A stretch of 48,198 bases of DNA from an uncultured Oscillospiraceae bacterium (GCA_964408195.1 CAYOYO010000001.1:2479-50676), one strand, 5' to 3'. Positions 38,117 to 47,553 are shown, counted from the first letter of the stretch. Made by a program: numbers and translations. The notes: generated from the sequence alone by a model not told the origin.

Positions 38117-39190
38117 ATGGGTTACCGGTTGCACGACAAGCTTCAGCAGCTTGAACCTTATACCGTGATTACAGAAGAATATAAAGTCAGACTGGATGCC
38201 AATGAAAGCTTCATTGACCCGGGTAAAGAGCTGAAAGAAAGACTGCTTTCTGCCTGGGGCCGTGTTCCGCTAAATCGCTATCCCGACGATAGCTACCGTG
38301 AACTACGGCGGGCCTTCGGTGAGCATTACGGCGTGGATCCGGAGCTGGTGGTAGCTGGAAACGGCTCAGATGAGTTGCTCTCTCTGCTCATCGGCTGCTT
38401 TCTGAAATCCGATGAAAAACTGTTGTTGACACAACCTGACTTTTCTATGTATGAGATTTTTGCAGCCAACTACGAAAAAAGTTTTTCTGTGATTTCGAGA
38501 ACGGAGGACGGTTTACTGGATGTTTCAGCTACTCTATTGAAAATTAAGACGGAAGGTGTGAGAGCACTATTGTTCTCCAATCCTTCCAGCGCCACATCCA
38601 CGGTTAACAAAAGGCAGGATATCCTGAAGCTTGTGGACAACACCCATGCTCTTGTGATTGTAGACGAGGCCTACATGGATTTTTCCGATCAATCGGTACT
38701 GCAAGATGCTCCGATGAAGGATAACCTGATTGTACTCAGAACCTGTTCAAAGGCTCTGGGCTGCGCAGGGATTCGTTTGGGATTTGCCGTTTCATCGAAA
38801 AAAATCTCCCATGTGATTCAAGGGCTTAGGGCTCCATATAATTTGAACGCCTTATCGGAGGCCACAGGTCGGATTGTATTATCCGATGAAAAATACATTG
38901 GAGACTCCATAAACCGTATCTTAGTAAACAGAAACGCATTATACGAAGGATTGAAAGCTCTTGGACAAAATTCCATGATAAAAAGGATCTTTTCCAGTGC
39001 AACCAATTACATCTGTATCGAAACTGACTTTGCCGAGGAAATTTATACTGCACTGAAAACCCATTCTATTCTGGTGCGAAATTTAAAGACTATGTTGCGG
39101 ATTACCGTGGGCACCACGGAAGAAAACAGGGCAGTTCTAGATGCAATGAGAGAGATAGTATACGGAGACAGAGAAGTAATCGTGACATAG
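38117..39190 (+). CDS. hisC: Histidinol-phosphate aminotransferase
   Basis: It has RLDANES, NRYPD, GNGSDELL, VDEAY and the PLP-lysine motif RTCSKALGCAGIRLGF. Confidence 0.9.
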   Translation: MGYRLHDKLQQLEPYTVITEEYKVRLDANESFIDPGKELKERLLSAWGRVPLNRYPDDSYRELRRAFGEHYGVDPELVVAGNGSDELLSLLIGCFLKSDEKLLLTQPDFSMYEIFAANYEKSFSVISRTEDGLLDVSATLLKIKTEGVRALLFSNPSSATSTVNKRQDILKLVDNTHALVIVDEAYMDFSDQSVLQDAPMKDNLIVLRTCSKALGCAGIRLGFAVSSKKISHVIQGLRAPYNLNALSEATGRIVLSDEKYIGDSINRILVNRNALYEGLKALGQNSMIKRIFSSATNYICIETDFAEEIYTALKTHSILVRNLKTMLRITVGTTEENRAVLDAMREIVYGDREVIVT

Positions 39191-39213
39191 TCACCCTAAG
39201 GAGGTCAGCGTCT

Positions 39214-39807
39214 GTGACAACCATGAAAAGAGAAAGTAAAGTAGAGCGCAGGACAAAGGAGACGGAGATTCAACTCTTCCTTTCCGTTGACGGGGAAGGA
39301 ACTTCCCACATTGATACGGGAGTGGGATTCCTGGATCATATGCTTGCGGCATTTTGCCTCCATGGAGGATTCGATATAGAGCTTAATTGTAAAGGGGACT
39401 TGAAGGTTGACTGCCACCATACCGTGGAGGATGTAGGGATTGCCCTTGGTACTGCATTTGCACAAGCACTTGGAGACAAAAAGGGTATCCGGCGTTACGG
39501 CATGTTTACCGTCCCTATGGACGAGGCTCTTGTTCACTGCAATCTGGATATCAGCAATCGTCCTTATCTGGTCTTTCATGTGGACTTTAAGACAGATAGA
39601 ATCGGCGATCTGGATACACAAACGGTAAGAGAGTTCTTTTATGCTTTTGCTATGAATGCCGGTATCACCCTCCACTTGAACCTCGCTTACGGAAGCAATG
39701 ATCATCATATTGCCGAAGGGCTTTTTAAAGCTCTTGGCCATGGGTTGAAGCAGGGAGTCGGGATAACAGAGACAAGAGGATATCTATCAACGAAAGGGAG
39801 CTTATAA
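39214..39807 (+). CDS. hisB: Imidazoleglycerol-phosphate dehydratase
   Basis: It has RRTKETEI, GFLDHML, HHTVEDVGIALG and DHHIAEGLFKALG. The start is GTG at 39214, 10 nt after a GGAGG; the ATG at 39223 is also possible. Confidence 0.92.
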   Translation: MTTMKRESKVERRTKETEIQLFLSVDGEGTSHIDTGVGFLDHMLAAFCLHGGFDIELNCKGDLKVDCHHTVEDVGIALGTAFAQALGDKKGIRRYGMFTVPMDEALVHCNLDISNRPYLVFHVDFKTDRIGDLDTQTVREFFYAFAMNAGITLHLNLAYGSNDHHIAEGLFKALGHGLKQGVGITETRGYLSTKGSL

Positions 39808-40523
39808 TGATTCTTTTACCCGCTATTGATATTTACGAAGGACAATGCGTTAGATTGGTCCAAGGAGATTTCAACCGTTCGCAGCAGGTTGCGGACAGCT
39901 GGCTGGAGACTGCAATCTCTTTTCGGGATGCCGGTGCTTTGTGGATTCATATGGTGGATTTGAACGGTGCACTGCAGGGAGAAAGAAGGAACAGCGATAT
40001 TTTTATTCAAACGGCGGAAAAGACAGGCCTCAATGTGGAACTGGGAGGAGGCATCCGCACAATGCAGGATATCTCCTTTTATCTGGACCGGGGTATCCGC
40101 AGGGTGGTATTAGGTTCCGCAGCGGTAGATAATCCATCTTTGGTTGCGGCGGCCGTAAAGAAGTACGGCGATAAAATCGCAGTAGGGATTGATGCCATGG
40201 ACGGAATTGTGAAAACTTCCGGCTGGACCAAGAAAAGCAAAAATGGCTACATAGATACCGCCAAACAAATGGAAGATCTGGGCGTCGAACTCATAATCTA
40301 TACGGACATCAATAGGGACGGGACGTTGACGGGACCGAATTTGGATCATCTGGAGCGGCTTATGGAAGCGGTGTCGTCAAAAATCATAGCAAGCGGCGGC
40401 ATACGGCACATGGAGGACATACTGGCGCTGAACTGCTCCGGTGTATACGGTGCCATATGCGGCAAGTCCATATACAGCGGCAACCTGGATTTAAAGGAAG
40501 CCATTGCGGCTGTGGATCCGTAA
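39807..40523 (+). CDS. hisA: 1-(5-phosphoribosyl)-5-[(5-phosphoribosylamino)methylideneamino]imidazole-4-carboxamide isomerase
   Basis: It has LPAIDIYEGQCVRLVQGDF, GGGIR, YTDINRDGTLTGPN and ASGGI. Its ATG shares one base (39807) with the hisB stop codon. Confidence 0.92.
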   Translation: MILLPAIDIYEGQCVRLVQGDFNRSQQVADSWLETAISFRDAGALWIHMVDLNGALQGERRNSDIFIQTAEKTGLNVELGGGIRTMQDISFYLDRGIRRVVLGSAAVDNPSLVAAAVKKYGDKIAVGIDAMDGIVKTSGWTKKSKNGYIDTAKQMEDLGVELIIYTDINRDGTLTGPNLDHLERLMEAVSSKIIASGGIRHMEDILALNCSGVYGAICGKSIYSGNLDLKEAIAAVDP

Positions 40524-40597
40524 GTTGCACTGAGGCCCGTTTCAACGGACTAAGGAACAATAGAGTAAGGGGTATGACCCTTAGAAAGGTGGAAAAA

Positions 40598-41377
40598 ATG
40601 GAAAACAAAAGGATTATACCATGTTTGGACGTGTGCAAGGGGAAAGTAGTAAAGGGCATTCATTTTGTAGGTTTCAGGGAGATCGGGGATCCGGTGGAAT
40701 ATGCGATCCAATATGAAAAACAAGGTGCCGATGAAATTGTTTTTCTAGACATCACCGCAACAATTGAGGGAAGAAGTACTATGATCGATTTGGTTCGGGA
40801 AACGGCAAAAAGCATAAAGGTTCCCTTAATCGTGGGGGGCGGGATTCGGAACATTGAGGATATGCGACGTCTATTTGAAGCGGGAGTAAGCAAGGTTTCC
40901 GTCAATACGGCTGCTGTTAAGGAACCAGAGCTTTTACGTCAAGCTGCCGCGGAATTTGGTAAGGAAAGGCTCGTTATGGCAATTGACGGAAAAAGGAGCG
41001 GGACAGATAAGTACAGCGTTATCATCAACGGGGGAAAGACCGATACCGGAATGGATCTGGTGGATTGGGCAAAGCAGGGAGAAACACTGGGAGCAGGCGA
41101 GATTCTACTTACTTCCATGGATGCGGACGGAGTAAAAAGCGGTTTCGACCTGCCTATGCTCTCCGCAGTGTGCGAAGCAGTTAAGATTCCGGTCATCGCA
41201 TCGGGAGGATGCGGCACGGTAGGCCACTTCCTGAAAGTCTTCCGGGAGACAGATTGTGACGGCGCACTGGCAGCTTCTATCTTCCACTATGGGGACCTGA
41301 CAGTCCGGTCGGTGAAAAAAGCCTTAAAAGACAGCGGTATTCCTGTTCGAATGGATGAGGCAGGGGCCTGTGCGTGA
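40598..41377 (+). CDS. hisF: Imidazole glycerol phosphate synthase, cyclase subunit
   Basis: It has [41 protein letters not shown] and ASGG. I chose the ATG at 40598 (RBS AAGGTGG); the track start at 40457 overlaps hisA and is rejected. Confidence 0.92.
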   Translation: MENKRIIPCLDVCKGKVVKGIHFVGFREIGDPVEYAIQYEKQGADEIVFLDITATIEGRSTMIDLVRETAKSIKVPLIVGGGIRNIEDMRRLFEAGVSKVSVNTAAVKEPELLRQAAAEFGKERLVMAIDGKRSGTDKYSVIINGGKTDTGMDLVDWAKQGETLGAGEILLTSMDADGVKSGFDLPMLSAVCEAVKIPVIASGGCGTVGHFLKVFRETDCDGALAASIFHYGDLTVRSVKKALKDSGIPVRMDEAGACA

Positions 41378-41706
41378 TGAGTCTGAAAAAATATTTTACG
41401 AAAGGAGATCTGATACCTGCCATCGTTCAGGATGCAGACTCCCATGAAGTTCTGATGCTGGCCTATATGAATGAAGAGAGCTTGAAGCGCAGCCTGAAAA
41501 CCGGTTATACTTGGTTTTTCAGCCGTTCGAGACAGGAGCTTTGGAACAAAGGGGCTACCTCCGGCCATTATCAGAAAATACATTCAATCACACCGGATTG
41601 CGATAATGATACGTTGCTCATTCAGGTATGGCAGACCGGAGCGGCCTGCCATACGGGGAATCGCAGCTGCTTTTTTCGGAAAGGAGAACTGCTTAATAAT
41701 GGATAA
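41377..41706 (+). CDS. hisI: Phosphoribosyl-AMP cyclohydrolase
   Basis: It has [31 protein letters not shown] and CDNDTLL..V...[11 protein letters not shown]. Its ATG overlaps the hisF stop (TGATG). Confidence 0.9.
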   Translation: MSLKKYFTKGDLIPAIVQDADSHEVLMLAYMNEESLKRSLKTGYTWFFSRSRQELWNKGATSGHYQKIHSITPDCDNDTLLIQVWQTGAACHTGNRSCFFRKGELLNNG

Positions 41707-42025
41707 ATCGCTAAACAATCTATACAACGTGATACTTAACAGGAGGGAGGAACCCTCGGATGCATCCTATACCTGCTACTTGTTTCGGGAGGGACTGAAT
41801 AAAATCCTTAAGAAATGCGGAGAAGAATGCAGTGAAGTGATTATTGCTGCAAAGGATGACAACAAAGAACAAATCAAACAGGAGGTCTGCGATTTACTTT
41901 ATCATCTTGTGGTTCTTCTGGTGGATAAGGGAATCAAACCGGAGGAGATAGAAGACATATTACAGGAAAGGAGCCAAAAAATCGGAAATTTAAAGACGAC
42001 GCATCAAAGCGATCCAAACAGCTAG
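41699..42025 (+). CDS. hisE: Phosphoribosyl-ATP pyrophosphatase
   Basis: [29 protein letters not shown]...[11 protein letters not shown] is typical HisE (MazG-like). The internal ATG at 41699 overlaps the hisI stop. It is a separate gene here, not fused to hisI. Confidence 0.88.
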   Translation: MDKSLNNLYNVILNRREEPSDASYTCYLFREGLNKILKKCGEECSEVIIAAKDDNKEQIKQEVCDLLYHLVVLLVDKGIKPEEIEDILQERSQKIGNLKTTHQSDPNS

Positions 42026-42045
42026 AAAGAATAGCACGTTGTTCT

Positions 42046-42084
42046 ACCCGCCGGCATACATTGTTACTGGCGGGTTTGTTTATT
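42046..42084 (+). terminator. Intrinsic terminator of the his operon
   Basis: A 9-bp stem (acccgccgg / ctggcgggt, including one G-U pair) followed by ttgtttatt. Confidence 0.5.
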
Positions 42085-42150
42085 GCATAAGTTTTGGCAT
42101 AGAAACCGGCGACGGTTTCTATTTTCTTTGACGCTCGACAGGGGAAAGCC

Positions 42151-42315
42151 ATGAAGCGTAGACGAAAGGGGAAAATACCTGCAGAGAAGGTCGTCGGTAT
42201 ATTCTTTGCGTTATCCGGCGCCATAATGATCATCCATGCGGTCCCCTTATACGTTTGGTATATAGCCTTGGCGTTTTCTGTTCTGCTCTTGCTGTTTCTG
42301 CTTTATATCACTTGA
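42151..42315 (+). CDS. Small hydrophobic protein (54 aa, 2 predicted TM), not in the ORF track
   Basis: Translated by hand: MKRRRKGKIPAEKVVGIFFALSGAIMIIHAVPLYVWYIALAFSVLLLLFLLYIT, ending in a stop. An AGGGGAAAG RBS lies upstream. It has a paralogue immediately downstream. Confidence 0.45.
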   Translation: MKRRRKGKIPAEKVVGIFFALSGAIMIIHAVPLYVWYIALAFSVLLLLFLLYIT

Positions 42316-42334
42316 TTGGAAAGGTGTGTTGTCC

Positions 42335-42505
42335 TTGGAAAAGAAAAAGCCAAAATGCAAAAAAGGGGAAGTGGAGTTACTGGGTCTTATACTTCTCATA
42401 ATCGGAGCCGTTACCATATGCGCTTTTTTGCTGCCCTCAAAAGTTTGGCTGATCCTATTGGGAGGCATTATGATTTTTTGCGGATTCAAACTGTTTACCG
42501 TATAG
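42335..42505 (+). CDS. Small hydrophobic protein (about 56 aa, 2 predicted TM), not in the ORF track
   Basis: Translated by hand: (M)EKKKPKCKKGEVELLGLILLIIGAVTICAFLLPSKVWLILLGGIMIFCGFKLFTV, ending in a stop. It shares the pattern G..(6)..GA..I....P..VW with the upstream ORF. The start is uncertain: TTG at 42335 or 42329, or GTG at 42326. Confidence 0.4.
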   Translation: MEKKKPKCKKGEVELLGLILLIIGAVTICAFLLPSKVWLILLGGIMIFCGFKLFTV

Positions 42506-42520
42506 CATAGAAGGAAACGA

Positions 42521-42547
42521 AAAACCCCCGGTGATACCGGGGGCCCA
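42521..42547 (-). terminator. GC-rich hairpin terminator for rpmB, possibly bidirectional
   Basis: A 7-bp stem (cccccgg / ccggggg) with a 5-nt loop. On the minus strand it is followed by TTTT. Confidence 0.6.
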
Positions 42548-42557
42548 TTTGCAGAAG

Positions 42558-42749
42558 TTAGATTGCTCTGTTGATCTTGTTGGAACGGATGCATCTGGTG
42601 CACACCTTTTTCCTTAGAACTGTGCCGTTTTCTTCAACTCTGACAGTCTGGATGTTGGCGTTCCATTTTCTTTTGGTATGTCTGTTGGAATGGCTTACAT
42701 TGTTTCCGGACACCTGGCCCTTTCCGCAGACCTCGCATTTGTTTGACAT
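42558..42749 (-). CDS. rpmB: 50S ribosomal protein L28
   Basis: MSNKCEVCGKGQVSGNNVSHSNRHTKRKWNANIQ is a textbook L28 sequence. The RBS is AGGGAGGTG. Confidence 0.97.
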   Translation of the reverse strand: MSNKCEVCGKGQVSGNNVSHSNRHTKRKWNANIQTVRVEENGTVLRKKVCTRCIRSNKINRAI

Positions 42750-43018
42750 CTAATACACCTCCCTTGACTGTTTATTGAAGTAATATGAACAAATCATATT
42801 AAATAGCAATTCATCCCATGCCGAACAAAAGACATTATAGCACAGGCGTTTTGTTCTGTAAAACACTTTTTTGTGTCGGTCAAAAAATAGTATACAGGGG
42901 CCGTGGGAAAAAAGCAATTCCAAAATTACCTTCAATATGCTACTATTACCCTAAGCGGACGAGAAACGGACTCGGAAATAAAACGGAGAGAGTTGTAAGT
43001 ATAACGGAGGATTCCACA

Positions 43019-43411
43019 TTGGCCTTGTATTCTATAGAAACAGAAGCCGGCATCATTAAAATCCGCAGTGCTGTCATCGGCAGGATCATAATGGAGGCTG
43101 TCCGAAAATTTCAAGGCCGAGTCAAAATTACGAACCAAAAGGGCAAAGTAATACGTACAAAGGAAAAGAACGGAATCATGGATGCTACGGATTATTTTGA
43201 CATCAGCATGAATGAAAAAGGCCTCGACATAAGGATTTATATCGCTATCCGTTTCGGGACAAGCATCGGAATGGTTACGGAGCAACTTATCCGGGACATA
43301 AAAAATGACATTGAGGCTTTGACGGGTCTTGAGGCCAACAGCATCGCTATCATAGTCACAGGCTTGATATCAAAGCAGATAGCGCCCAGAAATATTCAGG
43401 TGAAAGGATAA
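43019..43411 (+). CDS. Asp23/Gls24-family (alkaline shock) protein
   Basis: GIIKIRSAVIGRIIMEAVRKFQGRV...NSIAIIVTGL fits the Asp23 family, at about 130 aa. The start is TTG at 43019 with a GGAGG RBS at 43006-43010; the track start at 42818 is rejected. It sits next to rpmB and before recG, like B. subtilis yloU. Confidence 0.7.
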   Translation: MALYSIETEAGIIKIRSAVIGRIIMEAVRKFQGRVKITNQKGKVIRTKEKNGIMDATDYFDISMNEKGLDIRIYIAIRFGTSIGMVTEQLIRDIKNDIEALTGLEANSIAIIVTGLISKQIAPRNIQVKG

Positions 43412-43439
43412 AGGCAAAGCCGGCAAAAGGTGTATTTCA

Positions 43440-45482
43440 TTGGGAATCCGCGACAGCATAATCGGCCTTGCGGGAATCGGGCCAAAAAAAGCAAAAGCAT
43501 TGGAAAAACTGGAAATCCACACAATTGAGGATTTTCTTTCATATTACCCAAGAGATTATCAGGACCGACGCCATCGCAAATTCATTGATGAGCTAAGGGA
43601 TGGGGAGACCGCCTTGGTTCAGGGCAGGATATCTCTTATAGTGAGGGGCGGCTATGGAGCCGGGAGAAAGAGAAATCTGAAGCTTTTAGTAACAGACGAA
43701 AAGGGCAGTCTTGAGATTGTGTTCTTTCATGCAACCTATTTGGAAAAAACACTGAATCGGGAATATGAATATGAGTTTTACGGAAAAGTAACCGAAAGAG
43801 CCGGTCGCCTGCAGATGGTCCATCCCGAATTTAACCTATGCTCTAAGGACGTTCCCGGAGAAATTCTGCCGATCTATCCGCTGACCGCCGGAATCACACA
43901 AAACGATTTGCGTAAATGGATGAGACAGGCTTTGTGCTATACCCGAGAGCTGCCCGAGTATCTGCCGGAAGAAATACTGGCGAGAAATCGGTTGTGCGCA
44001 CTCCAATATGCGGTGGAAAACATTCACTTTCCAAAAGCCCCACGGAAAGCGAAAGAAGCCGCATTCCGGCTGGTTTTCGATGAGCTCTTCCTCCTTCAGA
44101 TCGGGCTTTTGTCAATTAAAAGCAGAATCAAGGAGGCCAATGCGGGCATCTCCTTCTCGTCGGAATGCAAGATGGATGAGTTCTGGAAAGCGCTTCCTTT
44201 TTCCCTTACCGATGCACAGGAAAGAGTGTTCGAGGAAATTCGAAAAGATATGGAAGCATCCAGAACCATGAATCGTCTGGTGCAAGGAGATGTGGGATCG
44301 GGAAAGACCATCATCGCAGCTGCGGCAGCTTATAAGGCCATAAAATGCGGCTATCAGGCGGTTATGATGGCACCCACGGAATTACTGGCGGAGCAGCACT
44401 ACCACAGCTTAAAATCCATATTTGACCGGTTTGGCATCCAAGTAGGATTGCTTACAGGAAGCATGAAGCCTCGTGATAGGAAAAGCATACAAATTCAATT
44501 GACAGAAGGATCAATCGACTTCCTTGTAGGCACACATGCTTTGATTCAAACCGGGGTAGAATATGCAAACCTGGGTCTTGTCATCACAGACGAACAACAT
44601 CGCTTCGGTGTCAGTCAGCGAGAGCTTCTCTCCATGAAAGGAAGGAATCCTGATGTTCTGGTTATGACGGCAACGCCGATACCCAGGACTTTGGCAGTCA
44701 TCCTTTACGGTGATTTGGATCACTCTGCCATCGATGAGTTGCCGGCGGGAAGAAAACCTATTTTGACAAAGGTTTTAACGGAAAAAGGCCGAAGCAAAGC
44801 TTATACATTCCTGGAAAGCCAGATAAGGGAAGGACGACAGGCATATATTGTGGCCCCTCTGATTGAGGACTCGGAATATATGGACGCAAAATCAGCTGCC
44901 CGAATTTATGAAGAGACAAGAAAGCGATTCCCGGAGATTCAGGTCAGGCTGCTGCACGGCAGCATGAAACAATATGAAAAGGACCTTGTCATGGAAGAAT
45001 TCTATTCCGGATTGGCGCAAATCCTGGTTTCTACTGTGGTGATAGAAGTAGGAATTAATGTTCCCAACGCTACGGTGATGGTTATTGAAAATGCCGAGAG
45101 ATTTGGTCTCGCGGCCCTTCATCAGTTAAGAGGCCGCGTCGGCAGAGGAGAATATCAATCCTATTGTCTGTTGATTTCAGATACAAAAAGCGAGATTGCA
45201 AAAGAGAGAGCTGCTGTGATGGAACAGACCAATGACGGTTTTCTCATCGCGGAAAAAGACCTTGAATTGCGAGGTCCCGGTGAGTTTTTCGGCGTGAAAC
45301 AACACGGAATTCCGGAACTTCGGATCGCAGACCTTTCCAAACATGTACACATTTTACATACCGTACGGAAGGAAGCTGAAAACCTGCTGGGAAAGGACCC
45401 ATTCCTTTCCCGACCGGAAAACGCTCCGTTAAAAGAAAAAACTGACAAACTGTTTAAAAATAATTGCAGGCTAAACATATAG
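43440..45482 (+). CDS. recG: ATP-dependent DNA helicase RecG
   Basis: It has an N-terminal wedge/OB region, plus the helicase motifs GDVGSGKT, DEQHRFGV, MTATPIPRTL and QLRGRVGRG. Confidence 0.93.
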   Translation: MGIRDSIIGLAGIGPKKAKALEKLEIHTIEDFLSYYPRDYQDRRHRKFIDELRDGETALVQGRISLIVRGGYGAGRKRNLKLLVTDEKGSLEIVFFHATYLEKTLNREYEYEFYGKVTERAGRLQMVHPEFNLCSKDVPGEILPIYPLTAGITQNDLRKWMRQALCYTRELPEYLPEEILARNRLCALQYAVENIHFPKAPRKAKEAAFRLVFDELFLLQIGLLSIKSRIKEANAGISFSSECKMDEFWKALPFSLTDAQERVFEEIRKDMEASRTMNRLVQGDVGSGKTIIAAAAAYKAIKCGYQAVMMAPTELLAEQHYHSLKSIFDRFGIQVGLLTGSMKPRDRKSIQIQLTEGSIDFLVGTHALIQTGVEYANLGLVITDEQHRFGVSQRELLSMKGRNPDVLVMTATPIPRTLAVILYGDLDHSAIDELPAGRKPILTKVLTEKGRSKAYTFLESQIREGRQAYIVAPLIEDSEYMDAKSAARIYEETRKRFPEIQVRLLHGSMKQYEKDLVMEEFYSGLAQILVSTVVIEVGINVPNATVMVIENAERFGLAALHQLRGRVGRGEYQSYCLLISDTKSEIAKERAAVMEQTNDGFLIAEKDLELRGPGEFFGVKQHGIPELRIADLSKHVHILHTVRKEAENLLGKDPFLSRPENAPLKEKTDKLFKNNCRLNI

Positions 45483-45585
45483 GAATTAAAAAAAACGTGG
45501 CAAAAGAGTCCATGATATGAAATTATTACATCACATAGTTTCACTTCCCCGGGTTAAATTAAGAGTGTAACAGGAGGTGAATACA

Positions 45586-45786
45586 ATGGCAAACGTAGTT
45601 GCAAATGCAAAGCCCGGACTTAAGAACATGAAGACAGAAATCGCCAATGAATTGGGACTTGCAAATTATGAAAGCATGGATAAGGGCAACCTTACAGCAA
45701 GGCAAAACGGTTATGTGGGTGGCTATATGACCAAAAGATTGGTCGAGATGGCCGAGCAGCAGTTATCCGGGAAAGTAAACGGCTAA
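45586..45786 (+). CDS. Alpha/beta-type small acid-soluble spore protein
   Basis: It has KTEIANELGL and TARQNGYVGGYMTKRLVEMAEQQL. The ATG at 45586 lies 7 nt after a GGAGG. Confidence 0.9.
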   Translation: MANVVANAKPGLKNMKTEIANELGLANYESMDKGNLTARQNGYVGGYMTKRLVEMAEQQLSGKVNG

Positions 45787-45820
45787 CAGCTTCTAGACAA
45801 TTGGTTATTTCAAATGAGTC

Positions 45821-45855
45821 AAAAGGGGTCTGCATAGAATGCAGGCCTCTTTTGC
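45821..45855 (+). terminator. Terminator-like hairpin after the SASP gene
   Basis: aaaaggggtctgca, loop taga, atgcaggcctctttt. The stem is imperfect and is followed by a T-run. Confidence 0.45.
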
Positions 45856-45923
45856 AGTCTTATCTTTCAGTTGCTATTTTCCCATCTTATGTTAAAATTA
45901 ATTGACGGAAAGGGGCGTTCATA

Positions 45924-46484
45924 TTGCATATTACAGCCGGGCTGTTAAAGGGCAGAAGGCTTGAAGTACCAAAGGACAGGCTCATTCGTCCCACTTCGGG
46001 TAAGGTGAAAGAAGCTCTGTTTAGCATTATTAACTACCGTTTGGAAGGCGCCGTAGTGATTGATTTGTTCTCAGGCACCGGAAATCTGGGCTTGGAGTCA
46101 ATCAGCAGGGGTGCTGAGAAGGTTTACTTCGGGGAAAAGTCAAAAGCGGGCTTGCAGTTGACGGCAAAGAACATTTCCGCCTTTGGCGTGAGCCAACAGT
46201 GTAAGCTGATCCGGGGAGACTGGGAGATGGTTCTGAACCAAATCGGCGAATCTGCAGATTTGATTTTTTTGGATCCCCCTTATAAAGCCGGTCTTATGGA
46301 ATCTTGTCTTGATAGAATCTGGCAGCGAAATTTGCTGGCGGATGACGGCATTATCGCAGCAGAGCACGATGTGCATCAGAAGCTGCCACAGTATATTGGC
46401 GGTTTTTCCATTTGGAAAGTAAAGAAATACGGAAACACGGTTATCACTTTTTATATGCATCATTCGGAGGAAGCCGCCTTATGA
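45924..46484 (+). CDS. rsmD: 16S rRNA (guanine966-N2)-methyltransferase
   Basis: It has I.AG..KGRRLEVP....RPTS.KVKEALF, DLFSGTGNLGLE and FLDPPY. It lies upstream of coaD, which is the conserved pairing. Confidence 0.88.
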   Translation: MHITAGLLKGRRLEVPKDRLIRPTSGKVKEALFSIINYRLEGAVVIDLFSGTGNLGLESISRGAEKVYFGEKSKAGLQLTAKNISAFGVSQQCKLIRGDWEMVLNQIGESADLIFLDPPYKAGLMESCLDRIWQRNLLADDGIIAAEHDVHQKLPQYIGGFSIWKVKKYGNTVITFYMHHSEEAAL

Positions 46485-46963
46485 AAAAAGTACTGTACGC
46501 AGGCACGTTTGACCCCATCACAAACGGTCATCTTGATCTGATTAACCGGGCATCCAAGCTTTGCGACAAGCTGGTAGTAGGAGTAATGGAAAACAAATCA
46601 AAAAAGCCCTTTTTCAGCTCTGAGGAACGGGTTAAAATGATTACGTCCTGTACGGCGAATCTGTCGAATGTGGAAGTGATCCGCTTTGAAGGACTTATGG
46701 CAGACTACGTGAACTGCAACCAGATTGACGCTGTAGTCCGGGGTTTAAGGGCTACTATGGATTTCGAATATGAAATCCAGATGGCTCAGATGAATGCAAG
46801 GCTTTACAACAAAGATGTAGAAACGGTCTTTCTCATGACTACACCCCAATATTCCTTTATCAGTTCCAGCATTGTAAAGGAAGTGTTTTCTTTGAACGGT
46901 GATGTGAGCGGACTTGTACCGAAAAGCGTGCTTAAGGAATTAAAGAAGAAGTTTAATAAATAA
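46481..46963 (+). CDS. coaD: Phosphopantetheine adenylyltransferase
   Basis: It has MKKVLYAGTFDPITNGHLDLI, RGLRA..DFEYE and ISSSIVKE. Its ATG overlaps the rsmD stop (ATGA); the track start at 46412 is rejected. Confidence 0.93.
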   Translation: MKKVLYAGTFDPITNGHLDLINRASKLCDKLVVGVMENKSKKPFFSSEERVKMITSCTANLSNVEVIRFEGLMADYVNCNQIDAVVRGLRATMDFEYEIQMAQMNARLYNKDVETVFLMTTPQYSFISSSIVKEVFSLNGDVSGLVPKSVLKELKKKFNK

Positions 46964-46983
46964 AATCGGGAGGGATTTGACCA

Positions 46984-47514
46984 ATGAAAGTTTTAGAACT
47001 CTTAGATGAAATCGAAGATATCATTGACACCAGTTCCGGATTTCCGCTGACAGGAAAGATTCTCGTGGATGCGGAAGAACTGCTTGAGATTGTTCGTGAA
47101 ATCCGCATCGAGTTGCCGGATGAAATTCAGCAAGCACAGTGGATTAAGGACGAGCGGCAGAGAATCCTGGACGAGGCCAAACGTGAATACGAAGCAGTTC
47201 TCAAAGAAGCCAGATCACAGGCGGAATCTTTGATTGAAAACGACGACATTACCGTGAAGGCTAAAATCAGAGCAGATGAGATCATGCGGGTGGCGGAAGC
47301 CAATGTAAAAAACCTGAAGATGAGCACCTTCGATTATATAGACAGCATCCTGTACAATTTCCAGGATAAGATGGACCAATTGAATGCAGTCTACTTTACG
47401 GATATGTTCAACGATCTGCAAAAAACCTTCGACAGCATCAACGGAACCCTGACAGACAACAGAAGCGAAATCAAAGACATGATATACAAGACCCAGATGG
47501 AAAATGATCGCTAA
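46984..47514 (+). CDS. Conserved coiled-coil protein of unknown function
   Basis: It is a clean ORF with a GGGAGGGA RBS and a charged, helical composition (DERQRILDEAKREYEAVLKEARSQAESL). I recognised no diagnostic motif. Confidence 0.5.
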   Translation: MKVLELLDEIEDIIDTSSGFPLTGKILVDAEELLEIVREIRIELPDEIQQAQWIKDERQRILDEAKREYEAVLKEARSQAESLIENDDITVKAKIRADEIMRVAEANVKNLKMSTFDYIDSILYNFQDKMDQLNAVYFTDMFNDLQKTFDSINGTLTDNRSEIKDMIYKTQMENDR

Positions 47515-47553
47515 CCGCTGAATATTCAGAGACGCCATTGAATAAGATTTTAC

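Noticed and set aside
42026-42557. I expected a spoVM homologue next to rpmB.
   Set aside because: No 26-aa amphipathic MKFY..KLP.FLG-type ORF is present. The two small ORFs found there are hydrophobic 2-TM peptides unrelated to SpoVM.
45483-45585. A forespore sigma-G promoter upstream of the SASP gene.
   Set aside because: One is biologically expected, but I could not align a convincing GHATR-N17/18-CATxxTA pair by eye, so I call no feature.
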